In this document: positions 36,342 to 46,056 of the stretch, in pieces
Layout of the letters: every line of letters begins with the position of its first letter
How positions within the stretch are numbered: position 1 is the stretch's first letter
Assembly: GCA_050015355.1 (NCBI GenBank)
Contig: JBEKBO010000017.1
Span: 359-64,358, forward strand
Direction of reading: 5' to 3'
Length of the DNA stretch: 64,000 nt
DNA from: Candidatus Korobacteraceae bacterium
Lineage (GTDB): Bacteria; Acidobacteriota; Terriglobia; Terriglobales; Acidobacteriaceae
Position numbers and translations under genes: made by a program
Notes under the pieces: model-generated
What the model was told of the DNA's origin: nothing
Database searches by the model: none
Seen by the model: the letters and a program-made list of their open reading frames with translations, nothing else

Positions 36342-39300
36342 ATGAAGGCAACTTCAGTGTGCGACGACAGGCCGGGTGAAAAGGGCGTCTCTTTGCTGGC
36401 CAGAGCCGCATCGCCCATCAGGCTCCTGGTGTTTCTGTCCGCTGTCTGCCTCGCCACTGCCGCCGCTCAGGATCGGAATACTCCGCCTCCGCCGAACGCC
36501 AATCAGCCGCCAACGTCGCAAGCGACGATTCAGAAGCTGCCTGCGGGATTTGTGGCCCGCGTCGAGTTGCGCGGTACCGCCATGGGGACGGCGCCCTACG
36601 TCGTCGCTTTGATCGAGCAGAATCCCGGCACCGCCGTGGACCGCGATGCCATTCGCCGGAGCATTCGGCGGCTTTATGAGACGCGGCTGTTCGAAACCAT
36701 CGATGTTGTCTGGCAACCCGCCGAAGCCGGGCAGATCAATCTTATCTTCGAAACCACGCCCAGGTACTTCTGTGGATCGCTTTCGGTCGATGGTTTACCC
36801 AAGGATGGGCCGCGCCTGAATGAAATGATTGCCTCGGCCAGCCTGGAGCTCGGGACTCACTACTCGCCGGAACGGATCTCGCAGACCCTGGAGCGCATGC
36901 ACCGCCTGCTGGAAGAACACGGCTACTATCAGGCCCAGCTCACTTACCAGGAGTTTCCGGTTCCCGCGCTGCAGCAGATGAACGTCAAGTTCCATGTTGT
37001 TCCGGGCAGCATAACGCACGTCGGCCGGGTGACTCTCGCGGGCGATTCCGACCTCGCTCTCGACGACATCGAAGACTTCGCCGACATTCGGCCCGGCGAC
37101 AAGGTTCAGAGGGGCCAGATTCAACGTGCTCTCCAACGGCTGCGCAAGCGCTTCCAAAAGGGCAGGCGCTTGACGGCGCAGGTCGGAATCGCCCATTCGT
37201 ACAACGCGGCAAACAATACCCTCGACTACACCATCGAGGTGCGGCGCGGGCCCGAGGTCCACATCATGACCGAGGGCACGAAGTTAACCCGGGGCCAGTT
37301 GAAGAGATATGTCCCGGTCTTCCAGGAGGGGGCGGTCGACGAGGACCTGCTCAACGAGGGACGCCGCAATCTGCGGGATTTTTTCCAGACCGAGGGGTTT
37401 TTCGACGCGAAAGTCAACGTGCGGGAAGAGCGGGAAGACGGCGCCGTCAAAGTCGTCTATCAGGTGGATCGCGGCGCGAGGCATAGTCTGTTCGGCATCA
37501 GGATAGAAGGCAACAAATACTTCGACAGCCGAACCATACGCGAGCGCTTGTCTCTACAGCCGGCAAGTTGGATGCAGCCGCATGGCCGTTTCAGTCAGGC
37601 GATCCTCGCCGTCGACGTTTCGGCGATCAAAAACCTTTACGTGGCGAACGGGTTTCCTAAGGTGGAGGTCGTGGCGAATGTCGTCGACGACTATGAAAGC
37701 GATCCGCGACGATTGTTCGTCGATTTCCGGATCGTGGAAGGGCAGCAGATGCTGGTGCGGAGTCTCACGATCGCCGGAAACAAGGCTTTTCCGACGGAGC
37801 TGCTCCAACGCAATCTTTACATTGTGCCCGGCCAGCCGTATTCAGAGATGAACGTCGCCACCGATCGCGATACCCTGGTCAACTTCTATTTCAACAATGG
37901 ATTTCCCCAGGTGCAGTTCGAAGTTACCGCGAAACCGAGTGAGACCGATCCCCGGCGTATCGATGTCGCCTATAAGATCACTGAAGGTGAACGAATTTAC
38001 GTCGAGAATGTGGTTGCTTCGGGACTGGTGCATACGCGGCAGAGCGTGGTGGACCGCCGGTTCAGCATCCGTGACGGGGAGCCGCTCGACCAGGCGAAGA
38101 TGGTCGAGACGCAATCCCGCTTGTACGACCTCGGAATTTTCAACGAAGTGAACATGGCGGTGCAGAATCCCGGCGGGCAAATCGACCATAAGAACTTGCT
38201 CTATCAAATCCAGGAGGCCCGGCGCTACACGGTTCAGTTCGGCGGCGGTATAGAATTCTCAACCGGCAATCAGCCTGGCAGCAACCCTCAGGGGAATACC
38301 GGCGTTAGTCCCACGGTATCTTTCAATGTCACGCGCATCAATTTTCGCGGGCGAGACGAGTCGCTGATCCTTAGGACGCAAGTAGGGGAACTGATCAAGC
38401 GCGTTCTGCTCAGCTTCGACCAGCCGCACTGGTTCGATCTGCCCAAGTGGCATTTCACAGCCACGTTTTTATACGACAATACGCGCGACGTGAATACGTT
38501 CACGGCGCAGCGGCTGGGCGGCTCGCTTCAATTGGAGCAGCGTGTTTCGCGCGCCAACCGTCTGTTTTATGCTTTCAGCTACCGCCAAGACAAAGTTGAT
38601 CCGAGCAGCTTTCCGGCCGGCTTCAGCCAGGACCTGCTGAATATCTATGCCGTTCCGGTGCGTATCGGAATGCCTAGCGTCACCTTCGTCCGGGATACGC
38701 GTGACGATCCGGTCGACTCGACCAAAGGAATTTACACCACGGCGGATTTTGGCGTAGCGACAGGAGCCTTGGGCTCGGAGGCGAACTTCGGGCGTGTGCT
38801 CGTGCAGAATACAACCTATCATCGCTTCCGGAACAAATATGTCTTTGCGCGCTCAACCCGCATCGGGGTCGAATCGCCTTACAACACCTCCAGCGTGGTC
38901 CCCCTGCCGGAGCACTTTTTCGCCGGCGGCAGCACTTCCTTGCGAGGATTCGCCGTCAACCAGGCGGGACCGCGCGATCAGTTTTCAGGGTTTCCGGTCG
39001 GCGGGAACGCCATGTTTGTCAATAACCTGGAGCTGCGTGCTCCGCCCGTGCGCTTGCCGCTCGTCGGTCCGGGATTCAGTTTCGTTGTCTTTCACGACAT
39101 GGGGAACGTCTTCGACACCGCCGACCACATGTGGAGCAATCTGTTGCGCTTCTCGCAACGTAACCAGCAAGGCTGCAGAAGCCTGACGTCACCATGCGAT
39201 TTCAGCTACATGTCGCAAGCGCTTGGCGGCGGAGTACGCTACCATACGCCGATCGGACCTTTGCGGCTCGATTTTGGCTACAATCTAAATCCGGCGTACT

Positions 39301-39377
39301 TCGAGGTACAGCCTGGACCGCATATCGAGCAGGTGCGGCACTTTAACCTCTTTTTTAGTATTGGGCAGACGTTCTGA
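36342..39377 (+). CDS. BamA/Omp85-family outer membrane protein (multiple POTRA repeats plus a C-terminal beta-barrel)
   Basis: 1011 aa, signal peptide, repeated POTRA-like units (...I.I.G....), and a barrel ending ...HFNLFFSIGQTF with a terminal aromatic residue. Confidence 0.85.
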   Translation: MKATSVCDDRPGEKGVSLLARAASPIRLLVFLSAVCLATAAAQDRNTPPPPNANQPPTSQATIQKLPAGFVARVELRGTAMGTAPYVVALIEQNPGTAVDRDAIRRSIRRLYETRLFETIDVVWQPAEAGQINLIFETTPRYFCGSLSVDGLPKDGPRLNEMIASASLELGTHYSPERISQTLERMHRLLEEHGYYQAQLTYQEFPVPALQQMNVKFHVVPGSITHVGRVTLAGDSDLALDDIEDFADIRPGDKVQRGQIQRALQRLRKRFQKGRRLTAQVGIAHSYNAANNTLDYTIEVRRGPEVHIMTEGTKLTRGQLKRYVPVFQEGAVDEDLLNEGRRNLRDFFQTEGFFDAKVNVREEREDGAVKVVYQVDRGARHSLFGIRIEGNKYFDSRTIRERLSLQPASWMQPHGRFSQAILAVDVSAIKNLYVANGFPKVEVVANVVDDYESDPRRLFVDFRIVEGQQMLVRSLTIAGNKAFPTELLQRNLYIVPGQPYSEMNVATDRDTLVNFYFNNGFPQVQFEVTAKPSETDPRRIDVAYKITEGERIYVENVVASGLVHTRQSVVDRRFSIRDGEPLDQAKMVETQSRLYDLGIFNEVNMAVQNPGGQIDHKNLLYQIQEARRYTVQFGGGIEFSTGNQPGSNPQGNTGVSPTVSFNVTRINFRGRDESLILRTQVGELIKRVLLSFDQPHWFDLPKWHFTATFLYDNTRDVNTFTAQRLGGSLQLEQRVSRANRLFYAFSYRQDKVDPSSFPAGFSQDLLNIYAVPVRIGMPSVTFVRDTRDDPVDSTKGIYTTADFGVATGALGSEANFGRVLVQNTTYHRFRNKYVFARSTRIGVESPYNTSSVVPLPEHFFAGGSTSLRGFAVNQAGPRDQFSGFPVGGNAMFVNNLELRAPPVRLPLVGPGFSFVVFHDMGNVFDTADHMWSNLLRFSQRNQQGCRSLTSPCDFSYMSQALGGGVRYHTPIGPLRLDFGYNLNPAYFEVQPGPHIEQVRHFNLFFSIGQTF

Positions 39378-40093
39378 TGAAGATTCTGGCATTGATATTC
39401 GCTCTTGTTTTTTTGTTTTCCGCCCTGGCCTCGGCCAGCGAGCCGGTCGATCGCATCGTGGCAACCGTCAACGATGATCCCGTGCTTGCCAGTGACGTGG
39501 AGGATGCTATCCGCGTCGAGGCATTTATGCAGGGCAGGGCAGTCGCGGAGATTCCCCTGGCAGATTACCGGGCAGCAACGGATCGGCTGATCGATCGGAC
39601 GCTGATCCGGCAGCAGGTGACCAGCGGGTACATTCCGCCGGTCCAACAGGTGGAATGGCGCATGGCCCAGGTGCGGGCGGCGTTTCCAGCGGCAAAGTCG
39701 GACGCGGCATGGCGAGACCTGCTGGCCTCCTATGGAATTCAGGAGCAGCAACTGCGTAAAAGCGTCGAAGAACAGGTCCAACTGATGCAATTTGTCGACG
39801 CGCGGCTACGCCACATGGTTAGCGTGTCCCGTGCCGAAGTGGAGGACTACTACAAGCAGAAGCTGCTCCCGGAGTTGAGCCGGAAGGGAGCCGTAGCCGA
39901 GCCGCTGGCTAACGTACAATCCGAGATTCACGAACTTCTGTTACAGGGGAAAATCGACGCCCAGCTTAATGCCTGGCTTGCCAGCCTGCGAGAGCAGGGG
40001 AACGTGCGAATTCTGCGCTCTGCGGTGGAAGCCGCAACCGGCTCCGGCGGCGACTCAAGTGCGATGTCCTTCTCCGCCGTAGTTGGACGATGA
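39377..40093 (+). CDS. SurA N-terminal-domain-like periplasmic chaperone (no PPIase domain evident)
   Basis: Signal peptide MKILALIFALVFLFSALASA, then VDRIVATVNDDPVLASDVEDA, typical of the SurA N-domain. Start overlaps the bamA-like stop. Confidence 0.6.
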   Translation: MKILALIFALVFLFSALASASEPVDRIVATVNDDPVLASDVEDAIRVEAFMQGRAVAEIPLADYRAATDRLIDRTLIRQQVTSGYIPPVQQVEWRMAQVRAAFPAAKSDAAWRDLLASYGIQEQQLRKSVEEQVQLMQFVDARLRHMVSVSRAEVEDYYKQKLLPELSRKGAVAEPLANVQSEIHELLLQGKIDAQLNAWLASLREQGNVRILRSAVEAATGSGGDSSAMSFSAVVGR

Positions 40094-43000
40094 TGATCCG
40101 CCAAACCGGTTTCGCGGGAGGTCATGGTTCCGGATACTCCAACTCCGGAACCGCTCTAATTGCCGCGCTTGCCGGCCTTGTCGTGCTTGCCCTCTCTCTC
40201 TGCGCCGGTTGGTATCTTAACAGCGCTTTCTTTCACGAGCGCATGCGGCAGAAGCTGGTATTCGCGCTGCAATCGGTCACCGGTGGCGCCGTCGAAATCA
40301 GAAGCTTCCAATGGCGCCTGTCCCGACTCGAATTCGACGTTGACAACCTCACCATTCATGGACTCGAAGCTGCCGGCGAGCAGCCCTACGCGCATGTCGA
40401 TCATCTCCGCGCGCGACTGAAAATTCTCTCGATATTGCGGCGGGAAATAGCACTGCGGGAGCTTTCTCTCAGTCGTCCCATCATTCACATTCTGGTCGAT
40501 GCCGACGGCCGCACGAATCAGCCTTCTCTGCCCATCGGCGGAAATAAGAACGCGGTCCAGGCGCTGTTCAACCTGTCGATGGAGCGACTGCAACTCAGTG
40601 ATGGCTGGCTCCTGTGGAACCAGCGCCGTATGCCGCTCGATTTCTCAGCCGATGATTTTTCGCTGACGATGACCTACGTGAAGGATGCGAGCAGGTATGA
40701 CGCGCAAGCTCGCGTCGGCAAGCTCCAACTTCTGACTGCGGGCTATCAACTTCCCATGGCTCAGGGACAGGCGGAGTTTAGTCTCTATCCGGACCACGCG
40801 ACACTCAACTCGCTGAGAGTTTCCGTCGGTCACTCGCTGCTTGAGGCGAACGGAACCCTGACAAACTGGAACGATCCGGTCTTGACCGCACTCTACAAAG
40901 TTGCTGTCGACACCGCTGAGGCGGCCGCGATGGCGGGACCCATCAGCGCACGGGCGGCGTCGGACTCGCCTCTGCGCCAGTTCAGCGGAGGAGGGCTCGA
41001 AGTCTCTGGCAGAGGCGTATTCTCGCGGCAATCGTTTACCTCCTCGGGCAAGGCCATCTTCAAAGGCGTGGCTTGGACGGCTGGTCCGCTCGTTATCAGG
41101 AACCTCACGGGCGGACTGGAGTTTTCGGCAGATCTCGAAAGCATTACCGTGCCTCATCTATTTGCCGCGGCGCTAGGCGGCTCCGTGACTGGGCAGGCGG
41201 AAATATCGCACTGGTTCGTACCAGCGGCGCCCAGCGGCAAGGGCGGTCGCGGGAGGCCAGCGGAGGAGCAGGGCACTGCGAACTTTATCCTTCGCTCGCT
41301 TTCCCTGAAGGAGATTTCGGCCTCCCTTCCAAGGCGCGCGCAGGAGTCGCTGAACCTCGGTGGGCGGGTCAACGGCAAGGTCGCAATGGTCTGGCACGGT
41401 TCGCCGCAGAAAGCCGATACCAGATTCAATCTCGATGTCGCTCCGCCGCCGCTGATCGTGCCAGGGGAAATTCCGCTATCGGCACATCTCGAGGCCACCT
41501 ACTCAGGGTCCAGACGGTTGCTTGCAATCGCAACTTTGAGCGCCGAGAGCAAAGCAACCCGCCTGCAAGCGAGCGGCAATCTCGGAGGCATCGCCGGCAA
41601 TCTGCGGTTTGCGATCAACACCGGCAACCTTGGCGAGATTCAGCCGCTTCTGGCGCAACTGCCGGTGCTTCCCAAGACGCTGCCTCTCGAGTTGGCTGGT
41701 GCCGCGTCCATCAGCGGAACTGCCTCCGGCACTTTTTCCGCTCCGCTGGTTGCCGCGCATCTTGAGCTGCATGATTTCACCACCGCCATTCCTCGTGGCG
41801 GGGAGCAACCGCCGTCTGTCCAAGCGAAACCGCCGAAGCGGGCAAGCCACATGCTCGGAGCGCTGTCGGTTTTTCGCTCCACGAAGATTGCAACCGCCCT
41901 CCCGGCGACGGGGCCCCCGACACGCGCCGAAGTTGCGCGTGGTGGGGTGAAGGACGAGCCTGCTCCTCTCCGCCTTCACTGGGACGAGGCTCAAGCAGAC
42001 GTCTTCTACTCTCCGCAGTCGATTTCGGTGCGGCATGCAAAGCTGCGCCGAGGGCCGGCCGAGATCGATTGGGAGGGGAGCTCCTCGTTGCTGAAAGGCC
42101 AATTCGCGGAATCGTCGCAGCTTCACGGCCGTTTGCAGGTTCGCGACGGAGAACTCGCCGATTTGCAATCGATAATCGGAACGAACTACCCCATCCACGG
42201 CAGGCTGGATACCGCCTTGCAAATCGACGGTCCCCTTCATCAGTTGAACGGAACGGGACATCTCACGCTGGCGAACGTCGTGGCCTATGGGCATGCGGTT
42301 CGTTTGGCCGGCGCCGATTTGAAGTTCGAGGGCAGTGATCTCAAGATCCAGAATCTGGTTGCGGCCAATGATTGGGGCAAGGTGACTGGCGGAGGCGAGT
42401 ACAACGTTTCCAGCAAGCAGTTCAGCTTTCTGCTTCACGGGGCTAACCTTCAACTGGAGCGAGTCCGCCAACTGCAAGTCAGGAGGGTGCACATCCAAGG
42501 AGCGCTCGGATTTGAAGCGCAAGGTTCGGGCACGGCGGAAACTCCCGTAATCAACGCCGCTCTTCGACTGCGTGACCTGGTTGTCAACGGAGAGCGCATT
42601 GGCGACTTCAACGCCGTCGCCGTCACCCATGGCGCGGACCTCACGCTGACCGCACGTTCAGCGTTCCAGAACGCCGCGGTTGCACTCGATGGAAGCATCC
42701 ACCTGCGAGGCGAAATGCCGATGCAAGCCAAACTGGTGGCCAGCAATCTCGTCCTCGATCCGTTGATCAAAAGCTTCTTTCCGGCCGGACATGCGGCTCA
42801 CGCCGTACTTGACGGCGAGATTCTGGTGCAGGGCGACGCCCGCTCGCCGCTCTCACTTAGCGCGGAAGTCAATATCCCAAGAGTTCAAGGAGAACTGGAA
42901 GGCCTTCCCGTTCGCAATGCCGGCCCAATTCTCCTGCACATGCGGGATCAGGTGGTAACCGTCGATCAGTTTCGCCTCGAAGGGCAGCAGACCCACTTTG

Positions 43001-44325
43001 TCGAGATTCACGGACAGGTCCACCCCTCCGGCGACCAGCGTTACCATCTTGATGCTGACGGCAAGATCGATTTGAAGCTGTTGCAAACGCTTGCACCCGA
43101 TCTCAGCTCGCGGGGCGTCGCCGACCTCACCCTTCGAGTTCGCGGCACCATTCCCAGGCCCTCCTTGAGCGGGCAGGTGCGCATTACCGAAGGTGCCGTT
43201 TCCTACATCGATCTACCGAACGGCTTAAGCAACATCAACGGCGTCCTTGCCTTTAATCAGGACAGATTGCAGGTCCAGGAACTCACGGCTGTTACCGGAG
43301 GTGGCCGCCTCAAGCTGGGCGGTTCGGTCAGTTACGCGCAGGAGATCGTCTTCAACCTGACCGCCGAAGGCCACGATATTCGCCTGCGATATCCCGAGGG
43401 CATAAGCTCCGGTGTCGACGCCAGCCTGGCGTTTTCCGGTACTACCAGCAACGCGCTGCTTTCGGGCGAAGTGACCGTCAGCCGGCTCGCCTTGAATCCG
43501 CAGTTCGATTTCGCAAGTTACCTCATCAAGACACAGCTTGTGTCTGCCCCGGCCAATCCCAAAGCCCCGGCCAACAATGTAAAGCTTGACGTGCGGGTAG
43601 TTTCTACTCCGCAGCTCCAGGTGCAGACTTCACTGGCAAGGGTCACCGGCAATGTGAGCCTGCACATCCGCGGATCAGCCGCGCGGCCCTCGGTTTTGGG
43701 GCGAATCGGCATTCTGGAAGGCAATATTACGCTTGCCGGCACAACCTACCGGCTCGATCGCGGCGATATTTCCTTCACCAACCCGGTCAGTATCGATGCC
43801 AACATCGACATCGAGGCATCCGCCCGCGTCCGCGATTACGACATCACGTTGGGTTTGCAGGGGCCGCTCAGTCGCATGAACATGACGTACAGATCTGACC
43901 CACCGTTATCGTCGTCGGACATCATCTCATTGCTGGCGCTGGGGCGAACCCGCGAAGAAGAAATCGCGCAGCTTCCCGGTTCAACGCCGGGCGCGTCCAA
44001 TCTCACCGAGTCGGCCTCAACCGCCATTCTGGGAGAGGCTCTCAACTCGGCGGTGAACAGCCGCCTGCAGAAGTTGTTCGGCGTGAGCCGAATCAAGATA
44101 GATCCCAATGTTGCCGGCCAGCAAAGTGGGGCGAATGCCCGCCTGACAATCGAGCAAACGGTCTCCAATCGCGTCACCTTGACCTACATCACAAACCTCG
44201 CTCAATCGGCGCAGCAGATCTTACAATTTGAGTATTACATCACGCCGAGCATATCGCTTGTCGGAGTGCGGGATCAGAACGGCGTGGTAGGCTTCGACGT
44301 CTTTGTGCGCCGCCGGAAGCGCTGA
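40090..44325 (+). CDS. tamB: translocation and assembly module protein TamB (AsmA-like, DUF490 C-terminus)
   Basis: 1411 aa with an N-terminal TM anchor, a long beta-rich body and a C-terminal ...LTYITNL....QFEYYITPSISLVGVRDQNG... DUF490-like end. ATGA overlap with the preceding gene. Confidence 0.8.
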   Translation: MMIRQTGFAGGHGSGYSNSGTALIAALAGLVVLALSLCAGWYLNSAFFHERMRQKLVFALQSVTGGAVEIRSFQWRLSRLEFDVDNLTIHGLEAAGEQPYAHVDHLRARLKILSILRREIALRELSLSRPIIHILVDADGRTNQPSLPIGGNKNAVQALFNLSMERLQLSDGWLLWNQRRMPLDFSADDFSLTMTYVKDASRYDAQARVGKLQLLTAGYQLPMAQGQAEFSLYPDHATLNSLRVSVGHSLLEANGTLTNWNDPVLTALYKVAVDTAEAAAMAGPISARAASDSPLRQFSGGGLEVSGRGVFSRQSFTSSGKAIFKGVAWTAGPLVIRNLTGGLEFSADLESITVPHLFAAALGGSVTGQAEISHWFVPAAPSGKGGRGRPAEEQGTANFILRSLSLKEISASLPRRAQESLNLGGRVNGKVAMVWHGSPQKADTRFNLDVAPPPLIVPGEIPLSAHLEATYSGSRRLLAIATLSAESKATRLQASGNLGGIAGNLRFAINTGNLGEIQPLLAQLPVLPKTLPLELAGAASISGTASGTFSAPLVAAHLELHDFTTAIPRGGEQPPSVQAKPPKRASHMLGALSVFRSTKIATALPATGPPTRAEVARGGVKDEPAPLRLHWDEAQADVFYSPQSISVRHAKLRRGPAEIDWEGSSSLLKGQFAESSQLHGRLQVRDGELADLQSIIGTNYPIHGRLDTALQIDGPLHQLNGTGHLTLANVVAYGHAVRLAGADLKFEGSDLKIQNLVAANDWGKVTGGGEYNVSSKQFSFLLHGANLQLERVRQLQVRRVHIQGALGFEAQGSGTAETPVINAALRLRDLVVNGERIGDFNAVAVTHGADLTLTARSAFQNAAVALDGSIHLRGEMPMQAKLVASNLVLDPLIKSFFPAGHAAHAVLDGEILVQGDARSPLSLSAEVNIPRVQGELEGLPVRNAGPILLHMRDQVVTVDQFRLEGQQTHFVEIHGQVHPSGDQRYHLDADGKIDLKLLQTLAPDLSSRGVADLTLRVRGTIPRPSLSGQVRITEGAVSYIDLPNGLSNINGVLAFNQDRLQVQELTAVTGGGRLKLGGSVSYAQEIVFNLTAEGHDIRLRYPEGISSGVDASLAFSGTTSNALLSGEVTVSRLALNPQFDFASYLIKTQLVSAPANPKAPANNVKLDVRVVSTPQLQVQTSLARVTGNVSLHIRGSAARPSVLGRIGILEGNITLAGTTYRLDRGDISFTNPVSIDANIDIEASARVRDYDITLGLQGPLSRMNMTYRSDPPLSSSDIISLLALGRTREEEIAQLPGSTPGASNLTESASTAILGEALNSAVNSRLQKLFGVSRIKIDPNVAGQQSGANARLTIEQTVSNRVTLTYITNLAQSAQQILQFEYYITPSISLVGVRDQNGVVGFDVFVRRRKR

Positions 44326-44401
44326 GCCATGGCGGCATAAATCGTATCCGCGCACGGGGCCCCTCGGCGAACCCCGCTCGCTGGGGTGAGGACCCGCCTT
44401 C

Positions 44402-45073
44402 ATGCCAATGGACCACTTCAGCCCGGCCGATCCGTTCGTCAACGCGAGACTCCGGATGGTCGCGGAACAACTCCGCGATCGCGGTATTCGCGATGAGCGC
44501 GTGCTGCAGGCCATGGCAACCGTTCCGCGCCACGAATTCGTACCGCGGGAGGACTGGGGCGAAGCCTACGAGGACCACCCGCTCCCCATCGGCGAAGGCC
44601 AGACGATATCGCAGCCCTTCATCGTCGCGTTCATGATCGAAGCGCTCAGTGCCGAAGCCGGCGATACGGTACTGGAGATCGGAACAGGAACAGGATATGA
44701 GGCGGCGGTGCTCTCGCGCCTCGCGACACGTGTGTTGACCGTGGAACGGGTTGCGTCGCTCGCCATGCGGGCCCAGGCAAACTTTGCCCGGCTGGGATAT
44801 AGCAACATCGAAGTCAGTGTAGGAGACGGGAACCAAGGACTGCCGCTCTCGGCGCCATTCAAGCGGATCATTGTGGCTGCTGCCGCTCCCGCGGTGCCTG
44901 AGCCTTTGCTCCAGCAGCTCGATGAAAACGGGACGCTCGTCTTGCCTGTCGGCAGCGCCGATTTGCAGGAGTTGCAGGTGCTACGCAAGGCCGGCGGCCA
45001 AATCACCGCGACCAACCTCGGCGGATGCCGCTTCGTGCCGCTGATTTCCGAGGCGTCATCCCGACCGAAGTGA
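44402..45073 (+). CDS. pcm: protein-L-isoaspartate O-methyltransferase
   Basis: GQTISQPFIVA and the VLEIGTGTGYEAAVLS SAM motif. Confidence 0.9.
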   Translation: MPMDHFSPADPFVNARLRMVAEQLRDRGIRDERVLQAMATVPRHEFVPREDWGEAYEDHPLPIGEGQTISQPFIVAFMIEALSAEAGDTVLEIGTGTGYEAAVLSRLATRVLTVERVASLAMRAQANFARLGYSNIEVSVGDGNQGLPLSAPFKRIIVAAAAPAVPEPLLQQLDENGTLVLPVGSADLQELQVLRKAGGQITATNLGGCRFVPLISEASSRPK

Positions 45074-45124
45074 CGAGCGCCAGCGGCCGGAGTAGCCAGG
45101 CTGCCTACCCGACACGGCGCTTTC

Positions 45125-45760
45125 TCACCCGGTAGCTCGCGGAGCCCCTGCCAGGCCGCCAGACTCTTCGTCTGAGCGCTCGACGGCCATGCGTATCAGC
45201 TTCCACAACTCGTCCTTGCCCATGCCGGTTTTGGAGGAAAACGGCAGAATCTTGTCGACGCCGAGCCCCTGCCGCATCTTTTCCAGCGCGGAGTGCAGGC
45301 GGGAACCAACTTTGTCGGCTTTGGTCGCAACTACAAGCAAGGGACGGTCCACATGCTGCAAGAACTCAATCAGTTGCGCGTCGTTCTTCTGCGGTGGAAC
45401 ATTGGCGTCAACCAGGCAAAGGCAAAGCGCCAGCGTCGGCCGATGCGCCAGATACGGATCGACAAAGCCCTGCCAACGGTTGGTAATTTCGCGTGGAACA
45501 CGCGCGTAGCCGTATCCGGGCAGATCCACAAATAGCAAATCCGGCTTCGGATGTCCTGGCCAGCGCACTTCAAAGAAATTGATCGCTTGGGTGCGGCCCG
45601 GCGTGTTGCTGGTCTTGGCAATCTTCACTGCGGCGAGCGCATTGATCAGGCTGGACTTGCCCACGTTCGACCGGCCCAGAAACGCGATTTCCGGCACACT
45701 CGCGGCAGGGAATTGCCGTTCATCCAGTGCGCTTAAGAGAAACCGTGTGTGGACCTTCAT
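45125..45760 (-). CDS. engB: ribosome biogenesis GTPase YihA/YsxC
   Basis: GRSNVGKSSLINAL (G1), DLPGYGYA (G3) and TKADK (G4). Start placed at the ATG at 45760 (MKVHTRF). Confidence 0.9.
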   Translation of the reverse strand: MKVHTRFLLSALDERQFPAASVPEIAFLGRSNVGKSSLINALAAVKIAKTSNTPGRTQAINFFEVRWPGHPKPDLLFVDLPGYGYARVPREITNRWQGFVDPYLAHRPTLALCLCLVDANVPPQKNDAQLIEFLQHVDRPLLVVATKADKVGSRLHSALEKMRQGLGVDKILPFSSKTGMGKDELWKLIRMAVERSDEESGGLAGAPRATG

Positions 45761-45970
45761 CCAGCCAACTCCACCAGGGTTTAGACCAGATTCGCGGAAG
45801 GTATCCCCCGCGAAGGAGCCGGGCGTACGGGGCCCCCGGCAAACGCTTGGCGTCTGCTGGGGTGACATTCTGCCCGGCGTTGCTGGCACTAACTACATCA
45901 ACCCTGAACTGCACATTTAGATGCGGGCCTATCGCTTGAGCACAACGGGATCGGAAGTACACGAGCTGCG

Positions 45971-46042
45971 AAGAAAAAGCCCGCCGCGTTGGCCTCAACG
46001 ATCATAGATCAAATCTCGTCTGAGGCGCCGCTTCGGCGGGCT
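45971..46042 (-). terminator. rho-independent terminator downstream of lon
   Basis: Minus strand: GCCCGCCG...GCCTCA...TGAGGC...CGGCGGGC long hairpin followed by TTTTTCTT. Confidence 0.55.
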
Positions 46043-46056
46043 CGATAGAAACTTTG

